Positions 1 through 6,681 of a stretch of 11,094 nucleotides of DNA are shown one piece after another. The position numbers were made by a program, and so were the translations under genes. Numbering within the stretch: the first letter of the stretch is position 1; each line of letters starts with the position of its first letter. A model generated the notes under the pieces. The model was not told the DNA's origin, did no database searches, and was given only the letters and a program-made list of their open reading frames with translations. Origin of the DNA: Okeania sp. (lineage in GTDB: Bacteria; Cyanobacteriota; Cyanobacteriia; Cyanobacteriales; Microcoleaceae). The stretch lies in the NCBI RefSeq assembly GCF_035285525.1, contig NZ_JAYKGW010000238.1, positions 1-11,094 on the forward strand. The letters are read 5' to 3'.

Positions 1-380
1 TAGAAAAGGTAGAAAAGGTAGACAAGGTAGACAAGGTAGACAAGGTAGACAAGGTAGACAAGGTAGACAAGGTAGACAAGGTAGACAAGGTAGACAAGGT
101 AGACAAGGTAGACAAGGTAGACAAGGAAGACAAGGAAGACAAGGAAGACAAGGAAGAGGGAAGACAAGGAAGACAAGGAAGACAAGGAAGAGGGAAGACA
201 AGGAAGAGGGAAGACAAGGAAGACAAGGAAGACAAGGAAGACAAGGAAGACAAGGAAGAGGGAAGACAAGGAAGACAAGGAAGACAAGGAAGACAAGGAA
301 GAGGGAAGACAAGGAAGACAGGGAAGACAAGGAAGACAAGGAAGAGGGAAGACAAGGAAGACAAGGAAGACAAGGAAGAA
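1..380. repeat. Tandem 9-bp repeat array. TAGAAAAGG x2, then TAGACAAGG x12 (19-126), then about 25 AAGACAAGG units interrupted by six 7-bp AAGAGGG units. Continues past the left window edge.
   Basis: Periodicity read directly from the sequence. Positions 119-381 contain no T on the + strand, so no stop codon is possible in any of the six frames. The 7-bp units shift the frame repeatedly. Confidence 0.95.
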
Positions 381-420
381 GTATATAAACTAAGACATAT
401 TTAAAATGTGTTTTAATAAG

Positions 421-448
421 TAGGGGTGATTCGCGAATCACCTCTGCT
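421..448. repeat. GTAGGG-headed small palindromic element containing the perfect 18-bp palindrome GGTGATTCGCGAATCACC (425-442)
   Basis: Perfect self-complementarity at 425-442. The flanking AGG/CCT extend the stem with one mismatch. Confidence 0.8.
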
Positions 449-506
449 TCTCTGTAACAATGTGCTTAATATTTACTCAGACCTAAATTTTTCTGATATC
501 TATATT

Positions 507-608
507 TATAGCAATCCTAAATAGGTTGTAAGATTTGATCGTAGGGGTTTGGTTTCCAAACCCCTTTGCGTTTAGATTTGCGTTTAGATTTGGAGAACAA
601 ACCCCTAC
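507..608 (+). repeat. Dispersed ~100-bp element, copy A: TATAGCAATCCTAAATA head, then GTAGGGGTTTGGTTTCCAAACCCCT hairpin, then CAAACCCCTAC tail. Carries an internal 12-bp tandem duplication GCGTTTAGATTT (568-579 and 580-591).
   Basis: A second copy in the same orientation lies at 8188-8280 with the same head, hairpin and tail. AGGGGTTTGG (542-551) is complementary to CCAAACCCCT (556-565), and GTAGGGGTTTG (541-551) is also complementary to CAAACCCCTAC (598-608). Confidence 0.8.
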
Positions 609-719
609 AGTCTTTTTTCTCAAGAAATAAAAAGGCAGAAAAATATTTCTAGTAAGCATTTATTAAACTGGAATTATACATTACAGCGCTTTTCAAATGA
701 ATGAACCACGTTGCCATAT

Positions 720-3656
720 ATGAACTTCAAAAAAAAGATGAATTTTATCATTCCCAAGACAATAGCAGATAACATTTTTTTCAAAATAATATTTTTGATT
801 ATAGTTGTTTTCCTCTGCTTATTTATATCAATTTCCTATAGCTATGCCCAAAATAATAACTTAGAACATCTTGGTAATGTTGTGGTTTTAAAAGATAATG
901 TTCAAAAATATCCTTTAGGATTAAATTTAGAAATATTTGAAGATAAAACTAGAGAATTAACTCTTGAAAATGTTGTCAATCAAGAATTTACTCCTAGCAA
1001 TAAAAAGAAACCAAACTTAGGTGTAACAACATCAGCAATCTGGGTTCGTTTTCAAGTGAAAAATCAAGCAATTTTACCACAAAAATGGATATTAAGTTTA
1101 AATGAAACTCGTATAGGTACAGTAGATTTTTATTTTGATCAAGGAGAAAAAAAAGGACTTAAGATAATTAAAACTGGGAGATTTTTACCTTTTAGCACTA
1201 GAGAATTTAACCATCGTTATTTTCTCTTTAGTTTGCCTTTTACTGATGATAATCAAAAAACTATTTATCTACGTTTAACTTCAAAAGCAGGTTTAGTTAT
1301 TCCCTTAAATATTTATGGTTGGGAAACATTTTTACAGGAAGATCAATATATTTTTTTTTCTTTGGGAATAGCTTATGGAACTTTTTTAATAATGATTGGT
1401 TATAACTTGTTTTTATTTATTTCTTTAAAAGATAAAAGTTATCTACATTTTGTTTTGTTTATTATCGGTTATTTATGGTTTAGATTATGTCGAGATGGAA
1501 TCGGACATCAATTCTTGTGGAATAATTTTCCTAACTATTATGAGATTCAATCATTCGCTTTATTATTAATGTTTTTTTCGTGGATAAAGTTCACCCAATC
1601 TTTCTTAAAAACTAAAAAATATATTCCGAGAATGGATAGATTTTTATTTATTATATCTTTAATTGTAGTTATGGCAGTTATTATATCAATGCCAACCAAA
1701 TGGAATAATATTATCGTAATTTTTAATGCTATATTTATTAGTGTCATAATATTAATAACTGCTTTGATAAGATGGAGACAAAGATATCAGCCAAGTAAAT
1801 ATTTTTTATTAGCGATGTTTGCTCCTATTTTAGGAATAATTATTCGTAGTTTTAGTGCCCTTGGTTTTTTACCTTATGGTTTTTATGTACAGAGCCGTTC
1901 AAATTTTACTTTTAGTTTATCGGTCTTATTATTTTCAGTTGCTTTAGCAGATAGAATTAATCTGATTCAATATGAAAGAGAAAAAGCACAAAATGAAGCT
2001 TTAAAAAATACTGAACTTAATCAAAAATTAATTGAAGAACAAAATATTACTTTAGAAAAAAAAGTGGGTGAAAGAACAAAACAATTATCTATTGCTAAAG
2101 AAAAAGCGGAAGTTGCTAATCAAGCCAAAAGCACTTTTATTGCTAATATGAGTCACGAATTACGCACTCCTTTAAATGCTATTTTAGGCTTTTCTCAAAT
2201 TATGATGCGTTCTCCAACTTTGTCAAAAGAACATAAGGAAAATACAACTATTATTAATAAAAGTGGCAATTATTTATTAACCTTGATTAATAATATTTTA
2301 GATTTGTCGAAAATTGAAGCTGGGAAAATGATTCTCAATCCTAAGAGTTTTGATTTTTATTCCTTTTTAAATGAACTTGAAGATTTATTACATATTACCG
2401 CAGAAAATAAAGGCTTAACATTGATTTTTGATCGTCAAGATAATGTACCTCAATATATCTATACTGATGAAACTAAGTTGCGCCAAGTGTTAATTAATTT
2501 AATCAATAATGGAATTAAGTTTACTTCTGAAGGGGGTGTAAGTGTAACTGTTGTATCCCCCCTTAGTTCCCCCTTTGAAAGGGGGGAAAAAGAATTAAGT
2601 TTGGAAAAAGGGGAAAAAGAATCTTCTGTTAATTCCTCTTTGGAAAAGAAAGAATCCCCCCTTAGTCCCCCCTTTGGAAGGGGGGAAAGTTTGGAAAAAG
2701 GGGAAAGTTTTGAAAAGGGGAAAAATAAGGCAACTATTATTTTTGAGGTGAGAGATACAGGAGCAGGAATTTCTGAAGATGAAATACCCAAATTATTTGA
2801 AGCATTTGCTCAAACTGAAACTGGTAAAAATAGTCAAGAAGGCACAGGTTTAGGTTTACCTATTAGTCGTAAATTTGTGCAGTTAATGGGAGGAGATATT
2901 CAAGTTAAAAGTCAAGTAGAAAAAGGTACAACTTTTCGATTTAATATTCAGGTTAATATCGCTAAAAAAGAAGATATAAAAATTCAGGAAAATCCTCGTC
3001 ATGTTATTGCTTTAAAACCTAATCAACCTCGTTATAAAATATTAATTGTAGATGATCGCCCGACTAATCGTTTATTATTAATCAAGCTATTACAACCATT
3101 AGGATTTGAATTAAAAGAAGCTAAAAATGGTAAAGAAGGTATCGAAATTTGGGAAAAATGGCAACCTCATTTAATTTGGATGGATATGAGAATGCCTATT
3201 ATGGATGGTTATGAAGCAACTGAATATATTAAAGGTACAATTAAAGGAAATGCCACCGCAATTATTGCTTTAACAGCGAGTGTTTTAGAAGAACAGAAAG
3301 CAATTATTTTATCAGCAGGATGTGATGATTTTGTGAGAAAACCTTTCCGAGAAGCCACTATTTTTGAAATTATGAAAAAGCATTTAGGAGTTGAATATAT
3401 TTATGAGTCAGAAACTCAATCTGCAACTACTATTGAATCATCTAATTTAACAGTAGAAGAACTACAGAAAATGCCTGAAGAGTGGTTGAAAAAAGTTTAT
3501 TTTGCTGCTAAAGCTCTAGATGATGATATGATGTTAGAATTAATTGATGAAATTCCTGTCGAACAATCTTTATTAGGGCAGCATTTGAAAGGTTTAGTTG
3601 ATGATTTCCAATTTAAGAAAATTAGAAAACTTATTGAATCTATTTTTGGGCAATAG
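720..3656 (+). CDS. Hybrid sensor histidine kinase. Domain order: periplasmic 7TMR-DISMED2-like domain, 7TMR-DISM seven-TM block, coiled coil, HisKA, HATPase_c (with a 57-aa insert), REC, and a ~110-aa helical C-terminal extension.
   Basis: H-box [19 protein letters not shown] (His codon 2154-2156). N-box [17 protein letters not shown]1 [10 protein letters not shown]-box LFEAFAQ. G2 [18 protein letters not shown]. Receiver [11 protein letters not shown]...[15 protein letters not shown]...ALTAS...KPF (Asp codon 3183-3185). The membrane block with [20 protein letters not shown] is typical of 7TMR-DISM_7TM. The ORF track starts at TTG 711; the first ATG is at 720 and is preferred. Confidence 0.9.
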   Translation: MNFKKKMNFIIPKTIADNIFFKIIFLIIVVFLCLFISISYSYAQNNNLEHLGNVVVLKDNVQKYPLGLNLEIFEDKTRELTLENVVNQEFTPSNKKKPNLGVTTSAIWVRFQVKNQAILPQKWILSLNETRIGTVDFYFDQGEKKGLKIIKTGRFLPFSTREFNHRYFLFSLPFTDDNQKTIYLRLTSKAGLVIPLNIYGWETFLQEDQYIFFSLGIAYGTFLIMIGYNLFLFISLKDKSYLHFVLFIIGYLWFRLCRDGIGHQFLWNNFPNYYEIQSFALLLMFFSWIKFTQSFLKTKKYIPRMDRFLFIISLIVVMAVIISMPTKWNNIIVIFNAIFISVIILITALIRWRQRYQPSKYFLLAMFAPILGIIIRSFSALGFLPYGFYVQSRSNFTFSLSVLLFSVALADRINLIQYEREKAQNEALKNTELNQKLIEEQNITLEKKVGERTKQLSIAKEKAEVANQAKSTFIANMSHELRTPLNAILGFSQIMMRSPTLSKEHKENTTIINKSGNYLLTLINNILDLSKIEAGKMILNPKSFDFYSFLNELEDLLHITAENKGLTLIFDRQDNVPQYIYTDETKLRQVLINLINNGIKFTSEGGVSVTVVSPLSSPFERGEKELSLEKGEKESSVNSSLEKKESPLSPPFGRGESLEKGESFEKGKNKATIIFEVRDTGAGISEDEIPKLFEAFAQTETGKNSQEGTGLGLPISRKFVQLMGGDIQVKSQVEKGTTFRFNIQVNIAKKEDIKIQENPRHVIALKPNQPRYKILIVDDRPTNRLLLIKLLQPLGFELKEAKNGKEGIEIWEKWQPHLIWMDMRMPIMDGYEATEYIKGTIKGNATAIIALTASVLEEQKAIILSAGCDDFVRKPFREATIFEIMKKHLGVEYIYESETQSATTIESSNLTVEELQKMPEEWLKKVYFAAKALDDDMMLELIDEIPVEQSLLGQHLKGLVDDFQFKKIRKLIESIFGQ
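2556..2727 (+). repeat. Two copies of a G/C-homopolymer-rich, hairpin-forming repeat embedded in frame in the kinase HATPase_c domain. Copies start at 2556 and 2655, 99 nt apart.
   Basis: TCCCCCCTTAGTTCCCCCTTTGAAAGGGGGGAAA at 2556 matches TCCCCCCTTAGTCCCCCCTTTGGAAGGGGGGAAA at 2655. Each is followed by GTTTGGAAAAAGGGGAAA-type units. CCCCCTTT and AAAGGGGG are inverted repeats. The segment encodes [22 protein letters not shown]... and [23 protein letters not shown], lying between the N-box and G1 box. Confidence 0.8.
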
Positions 3657-3830
3657 GGAATAGGTAGTCGGTAATAAGTAAGAGTTTCACATTTTATTTT
3701 TAGTTTTTGAATTGTGACAACCTATAGCAATACTATTTTATTCGTGTCAAAAATCTTGCCTTTTTTCGGGAATAGCTAATAGGTAAGAATTTGAGAATTT
3801 ATTTCGAGTTTTTAATTTGTTGGAACCTAT
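3656..3830 (+). repeat. Two diverged direct repeats (~70 and ~63 bp; 3656-3725 and 3768-3830), each starting GGGAATAG and ending AACCTAT, in the kinase-cyclase spacer
   Basis: By-eye alignment gives roughly three quarters identity: GGGAATAG..TAA.AAGTAAGA.TTT...A.TTTATTT...GTTTTT.AATT.GT...AACCTAT. The first copy overlaps the kinase stop codon (3654-3656). Confidence 0.6.
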
Positions 3831-3956
3831 TTGGGATTGCTATATTTAGGATTATTATATTTGCCAAAATACTTTTTTCCTATTCCCTGTTCCCTGTTAA
3901 GTGTTCCCAGTTAAGTGTTCCCTAAAAACGATTATTCTATAAATATTGAAAATATA

Positions 3957-5366
3957 ATGATGACTAAATATAATGATTTACCGAAACAAAATTTTGAAGC
4001 TACAATTTTAATAGTTGATGATAATTTAGCAAATTTAAAAGTTTTAGCAACTCTTTTAAAAACTAATAGTTATCAGGTGAGAAAAGCTATTGATGGAGAA
4101 AGTGCATTACTTTCTGTCGAAACTGATGTTCCCGATCTAATTTTATTAGATATTAAAATGCCGGAACTTGATGGTTATCAAGTTTGTGAACGTTTAAAAA
4201 GGAATGCTAAAACCCAAGAAATTCCAATAATTTTTATTAGTGCTTTGAATGAGGTTTTTGATAAAGTAAAAGCTTTTGAAGTAGGAGGAATAGATTATAT
4301 TACTAAACCTTTTCAAGAAGAAGAAGTTTTAGCTAGAATTAAAAGTCAGTTAACTATTCAAAAACAGAAACGACTACTAAAAAAAGAAAGAAAATTATTA
4401 AAAATAGAACAAGATAATCTGAAGAAAGAAATTAGACAACGGAAAGAAGCAGAGGCTATTTTATATCAATCTAGGGCAATGATTTCTAGTATTTTAAATT
4501 CTTCTCTTGATGGTATAGCAGCTATGGCAGCATTAAGGGATAATAGAAGCGGAAATGTTCTTAATTTTTCTTGTTTAGTTGTTAACCCAATTTTAGCTAG
4601 AGCTTTTAATCAAGAGCCAGAAGATTTGACTGGTAAATTAGTTGTCAAAAAGTTTTTAGATAAAATTAATGGTAATTTATTTGATGATTTTGTTAATGTG
4701 GTAGAAACTGGAAAGTCTTTAGAGAAAGATATTTATTTTGATAACCAAGGAGAAAGAAAATGGTATCATTTCATTGCTGTTAAATTAGGGGATGGTTTTG
4801 CGATTACAGTTAGAAATATTACAGAAAGGAAAAACCTAGAATTAGAATTAAATCAGATTGCAGCTATAGACGAATTAACAGGAATTGCTAATCGTCGCAG
4901 TTTTCAGGAAACTATAGCCAAAGAATGGCGGCGTTGTCGAAGAGAAAAACAACCTTTATCTGTGATATTATTCGACCTGGATTATTTTAAATTATATAAT
5001 GATTTTTACGGACATCAGGCTGGAGATATTTGTTTAAGGAAAGTTGCTCAAGTTGTAAAAAAGGTAGTAAATCGTCCTTACGATCTGGTTGCTCGTTATG
5101 GGGGTGAAGAGTTTGTGATTCTTTTACCTAATACAAATCAGCGAGGAGCAACTTTGATTGCTAAACTTGTCCAACAAGCTATTCGCAAAATAGCAATTCC
5201 TCACCAAGAATCAAAGGTAAGTTCTATTGTCTCCCTTAGTCTGGGTATTGCCAGTATTATCCCCAGTGCCGAAAGTTCGCCGGATGCTCTGATTGCAATG
5301 GCCGATAAAGCTTTATATACAGCAAAACAAGAAGGGCGAAATCGAGCGATCGCTTTTACTGTATAA
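3957..5366 (+). CDS. Response-regulator diguanylate cyclase (REC, coiled-coil linker, PAS, GGDEF)
   Basis: REC: ILIVDDNLANL...LILLDIKMPELDGY...ISAL...ITKPF. The PAS-like segment ends ITVRNITERK. GGDEF domain: DELTGIANRR...LFDLDYFKLYND..GH.AGD...RYGGEEFVILLP. The GGEEF codons are 5100-5114, and an intact RxxD I-site (RPYD) lies five residues upstream. The ORF track starts at GTG 3915; the in-frame ATG at 3957 (MMTKYND) is preferred. Confidence 0.9.
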   Translation: MMTKYNDLPKQNFEATILIVDDNLANLKVLATLLKTNSYQVRKAIDGESALLSVETDVPDLILLDIKMPELDGYQVCERLKRNAKTQEIPIIFISALNEVFDKVKAFEVGGIDYITKPFQEEEVLARIKSQLTIQKQKRLLKKERKLLKIEQDNLKKEIRQRKEAEAILYQSRAMISSILNSSLDGIAAMAALRDNRSGNVLNFSCLVVNPILARAFNQEPEDLTGKLVVKKFLDKINGNLFDDFVNVVETGKSLEKDIYFDNQGERKWYHFIAVKLGDGFAITVRNITERKNLELELNQIAAIDELTGIANRRSFQETIAKEWRRCRREKQPLSVILFDLDYFKLYNDFYGHQAGDICLRKVAQVVKKVVNRPYDLVARYGGEEFVILLPNTNQRGATLIAKLVQQAIRKIAIPHQESKVSSIVSLSLGIASIIPSAESSPDALIAMADKALYTAKQEGRNRAIAFTV

Positions 5367-5370
5367 AACT

Positions 5371-5451
5371 AGAAGGAAGAAGGAAGAAGGAAGAAGGAAG
5401 AAGGAAGAAGGAAGAAGGAAGAAGGAAGAAGAAGGAAGAAGAAGGAAGAAA
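5371..5451. repeat. Pure polypurine (81 nt) tandem heptamer array (GAAGGAA)n with two 10-bp GAAGAAGGAA variants, starting 5 nt after the cyclase stop codon
   Basis: Read directly. Only A and G occur on the + strand from 5371 to 5451. The mirror-repeat symmetry is compatible with triplex (H-DNA) formation. Confidence 0.95.
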
Positions 5452-5452
5452 C

Positions 5453-5634
5453 CTTTAATAAACAGGACTTATGCAGAAACTGGGTTGATCAACAAAATCT
5501 CGTGGTTGGAACTGAACTCAGAAACCGGGTTTCTACTATATATAGAGTTTTGGTGCGTTACGCTTCGCTTTTGATGTCGCGCAGCGAAATACACTCTACC
5601 AATAGGGTTCATGGGTAAGTCCTGTTTATTAAAG
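5453..5634. mobile_element. MITE-like element, long copy (182 bp), with a ~22-bp terminal inverted repeat CTTTAATAAACAGGACTTATGCA / GGGTAAGTCCTGTTTATTAAAG
   Basis: Terminal inverted repeat read directly. No internal ORF. Contains the palindromic AGAAACCGGGTTTCT module and a TGGTGCGTTACGC module, both shared with other copies. Confidence 0.7.
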
Positions 5635-5636
5635 AC

Positions 5637-5740
5637 AGGACTTATGCAGAAACTGGATTGATCAACAAAATCTCGTGGTTGGAACTGAACCCAGAAACCG
5701 GGTTTCTACGCTCGTACCGGGTTTCTCCCGTGTAAGTCCT
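5637..5740. mobile_element. MITE-like element (104 bp), AGGACTTATGCA...CGTGTAAGTCCT
   Basis: Its first 73 bp (5637-5709) match 5464-5536 with 2 mismatches. Terminal inverted repeat present, plus two AACCGGGTTTCT modules. Confidence 0.75.
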
Positions 5741-5816
5741 AATAAAGCTACTATATAGAGAGTAGCTGATGGCTGTTTGCGCAGCATGACCCAGGAAATG
5801 CTTACCTAACTATTTC

Positions 5817-5918
5817 AGGACTTACGCAGATGAACCCAGAAACCCGGTACGAGGGTAGATTATTACTGCTCAAAACAAAGATTTATCCTAGAAATCGGGT
5901 TATTCCCGTGTAAGTCCT
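5817..5918. mobile_element. MITE-like element (102 bp), AGGACTTACGCA...CGTGTAAGTCCT
   Basis: Same termini and same architecture as 10513-10612: terminus, AGAAACCCGG module, AT-rich centre, TAGAAAYCGGGTT module, CCCGTGTAAGTCYT terminus. Ends 6 nt from the stop codon of the 5925-6665 gene. Confidence 0.75.
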
Positions 5919-5924
5919 ATATTT

Positions 5925-6665
5925 TTACAAAATTATGATTTTTGTAGAATTTATAACTTTAAAATTATCGCTATAAATTCTCACATAACCATATTTATCA
6001 CAAAATTTATTTAGTTCTTTTTTTAAATATTCATTAACATTTTTCCAGTCACGATTAGGAATTTTTGGTTTGGCTGATACTCTAAATTTTTGCAGAGAAT
6101 TGTTATAATTTTTGAGCCGAATATCAAAAATTTTTGACCGATCAATTTTATTAATATCAGTCAAATTTCTGTCTTTTAAAAATTCTAAAACTTCTCGCTC
6201 ACAATACTCCACTTTAAAAGTAGCTGATGGTTGATTATTTACTATTATTTGATTCCAGAATAAATAAGAAGCGATCGCTTTCTCTAAATTATTAACACAA
6301 ATTTGTTCGATATTGATTCCTAGATATTTATCAACATTTTTATAAATATAATTACTAGCTTGCTTTTCAATACCACGAGCATAAGTTTCATCAATTTGCA
6401 TCAAAATACTAGGAATAGCATTCAAAGGATTTCTCACATAATGCACGACATATTGAAATTCAAAATTAAATCTAGATAAGCCTGGTTGTTTGGGAATACC
6501 CCAAGGTGAATATTTGGAAAAAACAGTAAAAAACCAACAACTCATACCATCTTGCCAATCTTTTTCATGGCCGATTTGTAAGTTACATCTTTGGAAAAGT
6601 TGACTCATATATCCTGAGCCACATCTTGGATGTCCTATTATTAATAGCTTTCTTTTATTAATCAA
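5925..6665 (-). CDS. Hypothetical protein, sulfotransferase-like (putative PAPS-binding fold)
   Basis: N-terminal LLIIGHPRCGSGYM resembles the 5-prime-phosphosulfate-binding loop (PKxGTT-like). VHYVRNPLNAIPS resembles the 3-prime-phosphate-binding RxPxDxxxS motif. The start codon is TTG, and there is no in-frame ATG upstream of the P-loop-like motif. Very AT-rich. Family assignment is motif-level only. Confidence 0.55.
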   Translation of the reverse strand: MINKRKLLIIGHPRCGSGYMSQLFQRCNLQIGHEKDWQDGMSCWFFTVFSKYSPWGIPKQPGLSRFNFEFQYVVHYVRNPLNAIPSILMQIDETYARGIEKQASNYIYKNVDKYLGINIEQICVNNLEKAIASYLFWNQIIVNNQPSATFKVEYCEREVLEFLKDRNLTDINKIDRSKIFDIRLKNYNNSLQKFRVSAKPKIPNRDWKNVNEYLKKELNKFCDKYGYVRIYSDNFKVINSTKIIIL

Positions 6666-6681
6666 TTTTCTATGAAAAAGA

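Noticed and set aside
1-380. Repeat array as part of a coding sequence entering from the left edge (for example a GRQ/KDK repeat protein)
   Set aside because: Six interspersed 7-bp units shift the reading frame repeatedly, so no constant peptide repeat is maintained. The region lacks stops only because the strand lacks T. Coding cannot be fully excluded without the upstream sequence.
711-719. TTG at 711 as the kinase start (ORF-track boundary)
   Set aside because: An in-frame ATG follows at 720 (MNFKKK...). The three extra residues add nothing recognisable, so ATG 720 is preferred. The exact start cannot be proven from sequence alone.
1547-1747. 66-aa antisense ORF inside the kinase gene
   Set aside because: It is fully embedded antisense in a CDS with strong domain evidence. 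The peptide is AT-rich and low-complexity with no motif, so it is most likely a chance ORF.
2556-2727. Intein or mobile intron interpretation of the kinase insert
   Set aside because: At 57 aa it is far too short for an intein. It lacks a Cys/Ser/Thr N-terminal splice-junction block, a terminal His-Asn and endonuclease motifs, and the sequence is an internal repeat.
2459-2791. 110-aa antisense ORF across the kinase insert
   Set aside because: It is open only because the G/C-homopolymer repeat lacks stop codons on both strands. It mirrors the repeat (PFSKLSP repeated) and lies antisense to catalytic motifs of the kinase.
3915-3956. GTG at 3915 as the cyclase start
   Set aside because: The 14 extra residues (MFPKNDYSINIENI) precede a tandem ATG ATG at 3957 and overlap the repeat motif region. 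The receiver domain begins shortly after 3957, so the ATG is more plausible.
5293-5574. 93-aa ORF (RRKKEEGRRKKEEG...)
   Set aside because: It overlaps the 3-prime end of the cyclase in another frame. It then runs through the polypurine heptamer array and into a MITE, so the open frame is a by-product of the repeat.
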